Shown here: in pieces, positions 29,032-39,700 of the stretch
Layout of the letters: each line of letters starts with the position of its first letter
How positions within the stretch are numbered: the first letter of the stretch is position 1
IMG/VR virus record: IMGVR_UViG_3300024503_000485
Span: 62,001 to 126,000 of that record
Length of the DNA stretch: 64,000 nucleotides
Direction: 5' to 3' (one strand)
Made by a program: the position numbers and the translations under genes
Notes under the pieces: model-generated
What the model saw: only the letters and a program-made list of their open reading frames with translations
Databases searched by the model: none
Told to the model about the DNA's origin: nothing

Positions 29032-29086
29032 AAAAAAATAGCCTTGTACTTCATTATATAGTCATATAACGAAAAGCACAAGGCTA
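29032..29086 (-). terminator. Long terminator hairpin with U7 tract containing a sigma70-like promoter
   Basis: TAGCCTTGTGCT..TCGTTATAT-GACT-ATATAATGA-AGTACAAGGCTA-T7; TTGTGC-N17-TATAAT inside. Confidence 0.7.
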
Positions 29087-29105
29087 ATCTTGGTTTAAAT
29101 TTTAA

Positions 29106-29750
29106 TTATAGAGCAGGTTGAATTGGATAAGGAATTTTCCAATGATCTACGCCAGCATACTTTGTTTCAATTGTTCTTAAAAACTCAGCATGTTGCTCAA
29201 TCTTTTCTAGCTGTTCTGGCAAATAGTTACCTGAACTTGCAGCTTCCTCAAAAGTTTTTAATTGAGACTTTTGAGATTCAAAGAACGAAGCTCTAGTGAT
29301 AGCATGGTTTCTATATCTTGGCATTATCCAAGAACTAGTTGCTGCATCCCATTTTGCATCGTTGGTGTAAAATGGTTGTGTGCAACAGCCGTGCTCGTCA
29401 TCATAATGATATTCGTACTTTTCACCTGTTGGAAGTGTTTCTACATAGTTTGGTACAGGACTTTGCTCATATTCGTGAGTAATATAAGATGCTAAAAATG
29501 GATTTTGATCAGCGTCGAGTACAACTTGAATATGACCCTCTGGGTCTAGATTCTCTTGAGCAATTTTCCATTTTTCTAATGCTTCTAAGGTTTCTTCACC
29601 TTCGTCCCAAGCAAACACAGCACCCGTAGCTTTTACTACTCTGATGAGCAGATATCTAGGGCCTGTATAAACACAATCAACCGTTCTGTTTAATTTTGTT
29701 GTGGTCTTGTATGGCTCATCTGGCAATACTGCTTTAAATGCTTTTCTCAT
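29106..29750 (-). CDS. Hypothetical protein, possible tail fibre assembly chaperone
   Basis: Start reassigned to MRKAFK (ATG 29750, AAGGA SD); C-terminus FLRTI...WKIPYPIQP resembles Tfa-type chaperone ends; follows adhesin-like genes. Confidence 0.5.
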   Translation of the reverse strand: MRKAFKAVLPDEPYKTTTKLNRTVDCVYTGPRYLLIRVVKATGAVFAWDEGEETLEALEKWKIAQENLDPEGHIQVVLDADQNPFLASYITHEYEQSPVPNYVETLPTGEKYEYHYDDEHGCCTQPFYTNDAKWDAATSSWIMPRYRNHAITRASFFESQKSQLKTFEEAASSGNYLPEQLEKIEQHAEFLRTIETKYAGVDHWKIPYPIQPAL

Positions 29751-29754
29751 GTTT

Positions 29755-30747
29755 TTAATCCTTAGGTATAAAGTTAATTCTAACTGCACCCATGCCGCCT
29801 CTCCAACCGTTATCTCTAACGTCACCGCATGGTGTTGCTGGATGTCCGCCTATGCCAATTGGCCAAAATGGTTGACAACCTTGTACATCGTAGCATCCGC
29901 ACGATCTAATTGTAGTATAACAAGTAGTCCATGGAATACCTCTAACTGGGCTTCGACTCATGCCGTTAAGTGCATTAATAAACTGGTGATATCCCATTCC
30001 TGACCATTCAGAGAATCCATTATCACCTTCTGTTCCGTATGAAACAACGCCACCATCGCAGGCAAATAGTCCTGGAGGAACAGCTACGTGGTAATGAGTT
30101 GAACATGGGCAGTTACCATAACCAGTCCAGAATGTTACACAGCTAAATCCGCCGCGTTTATTAATATCTCCGCCGTAGGCTTCTGCACAACAGCTACCAG
30201 TTCCTGATCCATAATTACAAATAATACCACAACATCCGTTTGAATAGTTGGTATTACAGAAATTACCTGCTACAAAGCAACAGAACATAACGCCGGATGG
30301 GTTACAGAATGTTGTGCCTCCACGGCCGCCTTGTGTACAAATACATCCGTTAGTTGCTGCACCAGTTAATGGAACACGGCCAAACCAGCATAAGCAGGTT
30401 GCTTCTGAACAACCACGGAAACATAGTGTATCAGCATTGTTACAGCTCTTTCCAATGTATCCACAGACATAACAGCCTGCAACTACGCAGAAACATTTTC
30501 TTGCCCATGCTCCTGGATTTCCTGGAACACCGTGTCCACAGCAGCACATACGTGCTCCTGAACCACCAGCACCCCAAACGTCCATGATAACACGACCTGT
30601 TTGGCAGGCTACCCAGCAAAATCCGTTTACATAGTTATTGTATTCAGCTGACGGTGTATAAAACCAAATTTGTCCTTTTTCAAGATTTGATTCATCCCAT
30701 TCAATTTGGTTTAATTTATTTTCTACTAATGTTTTTAAGGTAGCCAT
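29755..30747 (-). CDS. Cysteine-rich glycine-rich-domain protein 3 (adhesin-like)
   Basis: DVWGAGGSGARMCCC...GGMGAVRI; 34 Cys in 330 aa by manual count; start MATLKT. Confidence 0.75.
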   Translation of the reverse strand: MATLKTLVENKLNQIEWDESNLEKGQIWFYTPSAEYNNYVNGFCWVACQTGRVIMDVWGAGGSGARMCCCGHGVPGNPGAWARKCFCVVAGCYVCGYIGKSCNNADTLCFRGCSEATCLCWFGRVPLTGAATNGCICTQGGRGGTTFCNPSGVMFCCFVAGNFCNTNYSNGCCGIICNYGSGTGSCCAEAYGGDINKRGGFSCVTFWTGYGNCPCSTHYHVAVPPGLFACDGGVVSYGTEGDNGFSEWSGMGYHQFINALNGMSRSPVRGIPWTTCYTTIRSCGCYDVQGCQPFWPIGIGGHPATPCGDVRDNGWRGGMGAVRINFIPKD

Positions 30748-30748
30748 A

Positions 30749-31978
30749 TTAGTACGCATTGCCTCCGTCAGTTGGAATGTATTTAATTCTTACCATACCC
30801 ATACCACCTCTCATAGCATGGTCACGAACACCCGGACATGGGTGAGGTGCTGCACCAGGTACTCCGTAAGGAACATAATGCATACATCCTTCCATTTCGT
30901 AGCATCCGCAAGCACGGTCTGAACGCCAGCAACGAATATTTACTAGGTGTCCAGGTTGTCTAGATAAACCAGTTAATCCGTTTAGGTGATGTGGTTTAGT
31001 GCTTCCTGACCAGTTAACCATTGGTGAATCATTTTCAGTTGTGTATGTATATGATCCGCCGTCGTTGGCAAAAATACCCGGAGATGTAGTAATGTGATAC
31101 TGGAACATACATGTACACATTGGTAAACATCCTTGCCAGCTTACACAGCTAAATCCGCCACAGCAGTTAATATCGCCGCCGTAGCCGCAGGCTTGGAATG
31201 AAGCTGAACTGGGCCAATCACTTGGATTCCAGTTACAGATCATACCGCAAGCAGAGCGAGAAATATCACACATATTGTGTTGTGTACTTAATTTTGTTCC
31301 GCACCATGCGTTGGTTATGTAGCAAGAGTATGGTGATTTATCATCAATACAATAACTAATACCACCACGACCACCCTGAGAACATAAACAGCCATTTGAT
31401 GCACCTGCTGCACAGCAAATACCCCAGTTAGCGCAGCCTTGGCCGCCATAACGTCCACATTGGCCGCCTTCAAATTGAATGCCGCCACCGGCATTGCCGT
31501 ACGGATCGCCTGCCATTGGGTTTCCGCCACCTTGGCCCCATCCCCACGGATTGTTGCCTCTAAATGATTCTTGTCTATTTGGTTCTTGTCCGCCTTCCCA
31601 TACAGGTTTAGGAGCACAACCAAACCAGCATACGCAGGTTGCTTCCGAACATCCTCTAAAACAAAGTGCTGAAGAGTTGTTGCATGAACGACCTACATAC
31701 CCGCAAACATAGTTTGAAGGACATACACAAATACATTTTTTTACATAGGCTGCTGGGTTTCCAGGTAATCCCACACCGCAGCAACACATTTGTGCGCCTG
31801 ATCCAGACGCACCCCAAATTTCAATAATTGCTTTACCGCATCCTGGTGGTTTCCAACAGAAACCATTACAGAATGATGTGTACATATTGCCGTCTGAGTA
31901 AACCCAGATACGACCTTTTTCTAAGTTATCTTCCCAGGCTAATTCACGATTACCTAATAATTGTGTTAATGTTGACAT
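30749..31978 (-). CDS. Cysteine-rich glycine-rich-domain protein 2 (adhesin-like, with Gly-rich insertion)
   Basis: EIWGASGSGAQMCCC...GGMGMVRI; 40 Cys in 409 aa; start MSTLTQ by TAATG overlap. Confidence 0.75.
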   Translation of the reverse strand: MSTLTQLLGNRELAWEDNLEKGRIWVYSDGNMYTSFCNGFCWKPPGCGKAIIEIWGASGSGAQMCCCGVGLPGNPAAYVKKCICVCPSNYVCGYVGRSCNNSSALCFRGCSEATCVCWFGCAPKPVWEGGQEPNRQESFRGNNPWGWGQGGGNPMAGDPYGNAGGGIQFEGGQCGRYGGQGCANWGICCAAGASNGCLCSQGGRGGISYCIDDKSPYSCYITNAWCGTKLSTQHNMCDISRSACGMICNWNPSDWPSSASFQACGYGGDINCCGGFSCVSWQGCLPMCTCMFQYHITTSPGIFANDGGSYTYTTENDSPMVNWSGSTKPHHLNGLTGLSRQPGHLVNIRCWRSDRACGCYEMEGCMHYVPYGVPGAAPHPCPGVRDHAMRGGMGMVRIKYIPTDGGNAY

Positions 31979-33006
31979 TAGTAACCGCCTCCTAGTCTTG
32001 AGCAATTCTGTTCATATATTCCAGAACCTCTATATGTTAATCTAATTGCACCGTGGCCGCCTCGTCTGCCGTGGTCACGAACGTCTGGACATGGAAACGG
32101 AGGTCCACCGGCTACACCATACGGCATATGAACTTGACAACCGTTTTGTTCATAACATCCACATGATTGAGTGCCTGAATAGCAAGTGTGCCATGGCATA
32201 CCGCCACTTGGCCATTTACCTACGTTGTTAATTGCATATTGTTGATTGTAGTTACCCATTCCTGACCATTCAGAATATTCTGGGTCTGCATCGTTAATAT
32301 ACGATAAGTAACCACCTTGTGTACTATACACGCCAGCAGCAAAAGGAATGTAAACTTCAGTTTGGCAAGGACATGATGGATAGCAACCTTTAAAGTGTAC
32401 ATATCCAACGCAACCGCAGCAGTTAATGTCGCCACCGTAGCCGCAGGCAATCCATGCGCCTGGACATTGGTTACACACAATTGCGCAGTTATCGCAACCT
32501 GTTGGAGAATTATAACGTGTTGTACAGAATGTACAATATAGATAACAGCAATAAGCAGATGTTGAAGTTGAGCATATAGCAATGCCTCCACGTCCGCCTT
32601 GAGCACACATACATCCGCCGGTATAACCGCAAAGGTCTCGAGCATTACCCCATCTTAGATATGACGGGTCGCTGCATCCTGAAAAACATAAGCTGTGAGA
32701 GTTACAAGACATTGATGGACAAGCACAAATATAGCTGCCACAAAAAACTGCAATAGTCTTTTTAGAATATGCCGGAGCATTTCCTGGAAGGCCAAAGCCA
32801 CAACAGCACATACGAGCGCCGCTGCCTGCTGCACCCCACATCTCAATAGTTAGTGTTCCACAACCAGGTGATGTCCAGCAGTACAACATGTCAGATCTAA
32901 TACATGAATACATGCCGGTGGGTGAGACCGTCCAGACCTTGCCTTTTTCAAGATTATCCTGATTGGCTGTAATCTCTCTTGTAGATAATAGGTCTGATAA
33001 TTTCAT
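31978..33006 (-). CDS. Cysteine-rich glycine-rich-domain protein 1 (adhesin-like)
   Basis: EMWGAAGSGARMCCC...GGHGAIRL; 37 Cys in 342 aa. Confidence 0.75.
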   Translation of the reverse strand: MKLSDLLSTREITANQDNLEKGKVWTVSPTGMYSCIRSDMLYCWTSPGCGTLTIEMWGAAGSGARMCCCGFGLPGNAPAYSKKTIAVFCGSYICACPSMSCNSHSLCFSGCSDPSYLRWGNARDLCGYTGGCMCAQGGRGGIAICSTSTSAYCCYLYCTFCTTRYNSPTGCDNCAIVCNQCPGAWIACGYGGDINCCGCVGYVHFKGCYPSCPCQTEVYIPFAAGVYSTQGGYLSYINDADPEYSEWSGMGNYNQQYAINNVGKWPSGGMPWHTCYSGTQSCGCYEQNGCQVHMPYGVAGGPPFPCPDVRDHGRRGGHGAIRLTYRGSGIYEQNCSRLGGGY

Positions 33007-33019
33007 TTGTTTTCCCTAA

Positions 33020-33346
33020 TTATGGTCCAATAAATACCCAACCAAATGTTGAGCCTGAATAAATCATTGTTACCGCAGCATTGTTAAGGTTTAAAACTAA
33101 ATCTTCTGATAAGTTTTGAATTTTATTACCATTTCTGCCAATGGTTACGTTGTTAGTAGCAAAGTTTCCTGCTACGTCAATAATTTGAATTGTATCACCT
33201 ACTGATGGTGATGCTGGTAAAGTAAGAGTAAAAGCTGTTGATGTTGCATCAGCAAAAATTCTTTCTCCAGAATTCAATGTTGTTGATGAAGTTAACGTTC
33301 TGTTAGTTACTGCATCTGTTCCGAAGGATGATACCTGTCTTCCCAT
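33020..33346 (-). CDS. Small tail-fibre domain protein
   Basis: TLTLPASPSVGD.IQIID..G.F..NNVTI.RNG..I....DL......GW module typical of T4-like fibre/baseplate proteins. Confidence 0.7.
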   Translation of the reverse strand: MGRQVSSFGTDAVTNRTLTSSTTLNSGERIFADATSTAFTLTLPASPSVGDTIQIIDVAGNFATNNVTIGRNGNKIQNLSEDLVLNLNNAAVTMIYSGSTFGWVFIGP

Positions 33347-33366
33347 TTTATGTTATCTCCTAATAA

Positions 33367-33687
33367 TTAAGTTGTAGATGTCTCAATACCAAACGCATTC
33401 ACTGATACGTTTGCATTGCTGGCATAAACAACTAAATTTTTACCAGCATTCATCATAATACCTGTTCTCTCTAGCACACCGTTTGCACCAACTTGCACAT
33501 CATATTCAATGTATTCTGCGTTTGTCGGAGTCGAAGTTGCAGCTAGAGCCATTCTAATACTCACTGCTGTTGTTCCTCTATTCAAAACGTTAATTGATAG
33601 TACGGTGAAATAACCAGTTGGAACGGTATAGACTACGGTATTGGTAGCTGATGCTAACGCTGATTGTCCTAATAATCCTGTTGCCAT
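33367..33687 (-). CDS. Small beta-rich virion protein (paralog family with 48863 and 52968)
   Basis: VYTVP...INVLN...YIEYD.......LERTGI pattern. Confidence 0.65.
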   Translation of the reverse strand: MATGLLGQSALASATNTVVYTVPTGYFTVLSINVLNRGTTAVSIRMALAATSTPTNAEYIEYDVQVGANGVLERTGIMMNAGKNLVVYASNANVSVNAFGIETSTT

Positions 33688-33701
33688 TTATAAATTCTCC
33701 A

Positions 33702-36700
33702 TTATTTGTTCAATAAAAAGTAGTTCAATACCAGTGGATCGCCAGCAATACCGCCTTTGAAATTCACCTTAGTATTTATGTTGATTTGAACATTCGTAGT
33801 AGTAGCGATGGTCTGACCAGCTATGTATACAACGCCCGCTGTTAGGGTGTTTACGTTCAAACTAGAACCGCCGCCACCAATTTGGCTTGTTATATATGCT
33901 TTAATAGCACGTTGAGTTGGAATAACAGAGTCCGAATCTTGTGTAAAGAACGGATCTGTTGAAAATTCAGAAATTGTTGCTCCTGAACCGCCCAATGCTA
34001 CAGAACCCAGCGAAAGTTCGTTCAACCCTGCAATATTAAATGCGTCAGCATTCAATGTTGCAACACCAGTTGATTGCTCAACGTTGAATAATCCACCAAC
34101 TCTAAAGTTACCGTCTTGGTCAGTACTTGTGTAGAACACACGACCGCCTTCTGAGCCAACGGTTTCGTTAGCAGGAACTGGATCTTGTAACGGCAAGTCT
34201 GGGTAATTTGTTTGTGTTTTATTACCTGTTCCCACGTCTAAGAAATCATGTCCTGTTAAACGAACCTGTGAATAACGTCTACGAATTGAAATTGCTGTTT
34301 CATGATCCGGTGCTTCGGCAGCTCCCAATGCTGGACTTAGTTGTAGAGTTGCATTGTAAGTACCGTCAGTATTTGGTATTAATCCAGTTACGGTAACTAG
34401 TCTATACCAAACATCGTTAATTCCTGCGATCTGAACGTTTGAACCTGCTCTTGGAACATCGGTTAGATTCTTAAATCCAACATATGAACTTACTTGATAG
34501 TTGTCAGCATATCCGTCGCCTGTTACGGTTGCAGATGCTGCGGTATAACCTGTTCCTCTATTGGTCCAAATTGGTTGACTTAATGCTCCATCTCCTACTC
34601 TAATTTCGACGGTTGCATCTGATCCTGTGTTATTAGGATCAGTGATAGTCATAGTTGGAGCACTTGAGTAACCACTACCTGGTTCGTGAATCCAAATTTC
34701 AGTAATTTGGTTATTTGTTACATAAGCTCTGGCTCTAGTCTTGGCGCCAGCAACTACGCCTTGTGCTTTTGGACTTGTTGGAGCAAGTACCATCCATTTT
34801 GGACTTCCAGAAATACTTCCTAATGCAGATGCTACGTATTCTTTAGCCACTACCGCTGTCATTGTTCCAGATGCCGCTGAAAGAACTAGGGCGGATCCGC
34901 CTTTAGATGTAGATACTGAGAATTGTGTAGTATTTGTAGATTCAACACTAATTACCCAATAGTATGTGTCATTTCTAACACCACCAAATGTAGTGCCTGT
35001 GAATCTTACACGATCATTTACACTAATATTTGCTGTTGTATCAGATGTTGTTATTAAATTTGTATTCAATACAAAATTAATGCTTGCAGCACCACTCGAT
35101 GCTGTAGTTGGAAGTGCTACATTTCTATTATTTCCATAGGCCGCAGCATTCCAGTTACGTGTTGCAGGTAGTGCTGGACCTTCTACCCATGTAATACCAT
35201 CTGTAGAATATGCTGTTCTTGTAGAGTTATAAGCAAAAGCTGTATAAGCTCCGCCACCATAAACAACTCTATACCAACGTGCTGCTGCACCCGGCATAGT
35301 TGCCGATGTCCATGATGTACCGTTTGATGAGTAAGCAGCCTTAGTTGAAGTTCCATTTGGTCCTCCAGCTACCGTTACAAACTTACCATTGCCATAAACT
35401 ACTGAACTCCAGTAGTCTGCACTTGGCAATGTATTACCTGCGGTCCAAGTAATACCGTCTGTAGAATAAGCACTTAATTGGCTAGTTGCTGTAATACCTG
35501 TTACTACAACATAATATGCTGTTGCTCCTGGCTGACCGTATGCAATACTTGTATATTCTGTTGAGCTAGCACTAATTGTGCCGTTTAACCATGTTACCCC
35601 ATCTGTTGAGTAAGCGGTTCTATTTTGTCCACCGCTAATTGCAACATATTTGCTGCCAGCATAGATCATATCTGACCACTGGCCTTGAGTTGGAATAGCG
35701 TTAGTAGTTCCTGTCCATGTTACTCCATCTGTAGATGTAGCAAGATGACGTGTATTTGCTATAACAGCAATATACTGATTAGAACCGTTATATGCAATTG
35801 CTGTATATTCCCATGAACTCGATGGTGTTGCTAGTGTAACAGATGTCCATGTTTCGCCGTCTGTACTTGAAGCAGCATATGGAGTTGCTACGTTATCGTG
35901 ACCAACTGCAACAAATTTGCTGCCTGTCCAGATAACATCTTGCCAATATGCACTTGCAGGCAATGTTCTTGCAGTATATGATCCAGGATTAGTATCTTTA
36001 GCTGTTGTTGAAATTGCTAGGCTAGCATGTGAACCGTCACGTAGTGTCCACGTTACACCATCTTCAGATGTTGCTGCGTAATCACCGTACGATGTTACGT
36101 AGAATACACCGCCGCCATAGTTAATAGAACTCCACTCATATATTCCTGGAAGTGTGCTGGCTGTCCATGTTGCGCCATCAAATGAGTAAGCTGCATTTCC
36201 AGAGCTGTCTGAAATTGCCACATAACGTCCGTTACCATAAGCAACGTCAATCCAATTTGATGTAGTTGAGTCATTGTTAGCTGGTAGGCTAGTTGCTCCA
36301 ACGGTCCATGTTGATCCATCTGTTGAATAAGCACTTGCTCTGCTGAAGCCGCCACCGATCATAACAAATCTATTATAACCGTATGTAACTGCTACTGCAT
36401 CAACGCTCTGTGTTGAAGTTGACCATGAAGTTCCTGTTGTACTTACAGAGTAATAAGCAGAACCAGATGTTCTAGAAACAGCAACAAACTTTTGATTACC
36501 GTAGGTAACATCTGACCATGAAGCTGATGTTCCTAAACTTGCGCTAGTCCAATTAATACCATCTGTTGAGTATGCAGCACTTGTGCCACCACTTGCTACT
36601 GCTACAAAGTAACTAACTCCTGTGCTAACTTGGCCGTAGGCAATAGCGGTCCATGTTGCAGATGCTGGTAAAGTCATTGCAGTCCATGTTGATCCGTCTG

Positions 36701-39700
36701 CGGAATAAGCACCACTGGCTGTTCCACTAGCTATGGCTACGTATTTTGGTGTTACAGCAGTACCAGATACTGACACGCTTGTAATTCCACCACTTACACC
36801 GGATACGGTTGACACGGTGATTGTTAAATTATTAGTTGGCGTGGTACCACCTAAACTTGCACCTAAAATTGTAACGGTATCACCAACTGCATATAATACA
36901 CCCGGCGAATTGATAGTTACACTATAAACTCCATTTCTTCTAGAAACATCAAATGTTGCTAGATTTCCTGAACCGCTTGTAGTTCCAGATAGTCCGGTGT
37001 AAGTTGAATAACCATCGCCAAATGCAATGTCTGTCCAGGTAGAACTTGCTGGAAGAGTTGATAATGATTTAGTAAATGCAGGTGCTGTAAATGATAGTCT
37101 TGGAGTAATAACATAAGTTGATGTTAAACTTAGCGAGCTAGCAATTGCAGTTCCTGGAACAACGTGATCCCAACCTGCTGTACCTGTTGATTCTTTATAA
37201 ACGGTAGCTACTTTTGAACCAGCGTTATAAGAATTAATATAACCGTATTGTCCTGCACCTGTACCTGCTGTAATATAAACAGCCATTCCAACGTATGCAG
37301 AACTTGTTGCTGTATCTGCTGCGGCAAGTGTAATTTGAGTTGTGTTTCCTGCCTGAGCTTGGTTAGAAGCAGTGACATAACCAGTGCCGCCTGTTCCGGA
37401 GCTATCGCCTGGATCAGTTAATCTAACTTGGAACACTCCGTTATCGCGGAATTCTCCCATTCTAGTTGCTGCACTATAGCCTGCACCGGATATTGAATAC
37501 GACCCTGTATGATAATCGCTACCAGCGTTTCCATATTCTAATAATAAAATATTGTTACCGTCAGTAATAACGTTTCTAATATCTGCTTCTGTTGAACGGT
37601 TATTGATTAAACCGGTAATTGGTGTTTCAGTAACATCAACGCCTTCTGCTACAGCACCATAGTCGCCGTAAGAGTTGTTACCGTTTGTTCCGCGAATTTT
37701 ACCGCCGTTTTCTGCTAGATAGCCAACGTGTGCATAGTAAGTAAAGATCGAAACAAGTTCTGCACGACCTAAGTTAGTTACCCATGCGCCAATTCCATCG
37801 CTAATAACTTGAGTAAAGTCATTAGACACCATCGAATCAACACCGCCATTGTGTAATGAGCCGTCAATCTTCTGACCAACAGCCGCTGTACCAAAGGTTG
37901 TAACGTTTTGTGTATATGTTGATTTGTTAGTTACCCACACGCGGTCATCGTTTGGTCCCCAACCATAGTCTAGAGAAACATAAGAACCTGCTAATGGACG
38001 TTGTGTACCAAATTCGTTTGCTGGTAATAGGCCTGTTGCGCTTACTGGGTTAGCTCCAGGTGTTGTTCCGTCTGAGCTTCCGTCAAGGCCTAGTAATGTT
38101 TGATTTCTAACTCCACAACCGTTTCTAACTAGATACATATCTTCTAGTTTTGAACCAGTTAATGCGTTTCTGTAATAACGAGCTGCTAATGCAGATTTGT
38201 AGTTTCCTGTATATTTTAAATCGTAAGCTAGTGCTTCAACGTAATTTCTAATATCGTTTTGGCAGTAAGAGCTTAGATAGTAGAATGTCATAGTCATTGA
38301 TCCAGAGGCTGCTGATAAATCAAGAGCTCCTGTCAATGATTCTGAAGTACTGATCTTAAATTGTGTTGCACTTATAATGCTATAAATGTAATATGTTGTT
38401 CCTGTTGAAACACCACCAAATGTAGTACCAGTAAATCTTACAGCATCTCCGACTTGCATCCATGCTGTGCTTGAGCAAGTTAGTTTATCATCTGAAGTTG
38501 TTGCTGTTACGGTTGCTTTGTAAGTGTTGTTGATATAAGCTGTTGCTTCTGCGGCTAAAAATTCTTTGTTTAGTAGTAGAATTTCTGCAGCATTTAACAC
38601 ATCTAAATCTTTTGTTGGAACATTTGTTCCAGTAACAATTGGAAGTGCTCCTGAATTTGCATATCCGATGATGTTTGAAAGTAAAATTTCTACTTGAGAA
38701 ACTGCATCGCCGGCAGCAACTAGCGCAGAACGAACTCCAATAAAGTCAATAATTCTACTAGTTGCTTCTAACTGGCTAGCAAGAACAACACCAGTTGAAG
38801 AAAGGCCTCTTTGATATGCCATTCCGTTTTGAATCGATAAGAAGTTTGATCCAAACATCATATCGTAGCCTAGTGCATCTACAATATACCCAACGTCTCG
38901 TGAACATAATGTTTCGTCAAAGTCTAATGTTGCAAATTCTCTCTTAATATGTTGAACCGCATCAGTTTGAATAGATGTTTTAGCTGCTTGTAATGTTGTA
39001 TTAGCGGCAGAAAGTGTTGCACTTACCCATGTTGTTTCTGGGGCAACACTAGATGGTGTTGTGCCAGTATTGATAGTGTCACGTATTTCTGTTAAACGTG
39101 TTGCTGCATAAGTACCAGCTGTTGAACTTCCTGCTGTGCCTGTTGTATCTTGAGTAGCAGCATTTCCTGTTGTCTTTGTCCAGCTACCTGTATTACCTTG
39201 TGCAATGTAAGTAATAATTGCAATTAAACGATTTTGCACAGCAATAGCAGCAGTTTTCTCGGATGAAGGTTCAACAAATGTTCCATTACTATAATATGAA
39301 CGTGCAGCAATAACGGTTGCTAGGTTACCACCATACATTAAATCATAATACAATGCTTCAACAATATATCCAATGTCTCTTGTACATGCTGTTTGTCCAG
39401 ATACTCCTAAACTAGTCCATAAAGAACTATAGTTTAAAACCATATATGCTGTAACTTCAGCTTGTAAAAATGATTTGTTAGCAAGAATTAATCTTGCGGC
39501 ATTGTAATAACCTGAAGTATAACCATAAGTTCCGCCGGTTGGTGTTGGACGAACATAAGAATCTGCATAAGCAAGACCGTTGTTAAGAACATCTTTAATT
39601 TCTCTTGCATTGTTTACAATAGAAAGTGCAGAAGTAGATAGTCTTAATTGTTCTTGAACTTTAGCAAAGATAAAATCTACGGTTGCTAAGGTTGGAGCAA

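Noticed and set aside
29755-33006. RiPP precursors or metallothioneins
   Set aside because: The proteins are 330-409 aa with a folded glycine-rich-domain framework and lie in the fibre operon; no leader/core pattern, peptidase or radical SAM gene nearby.
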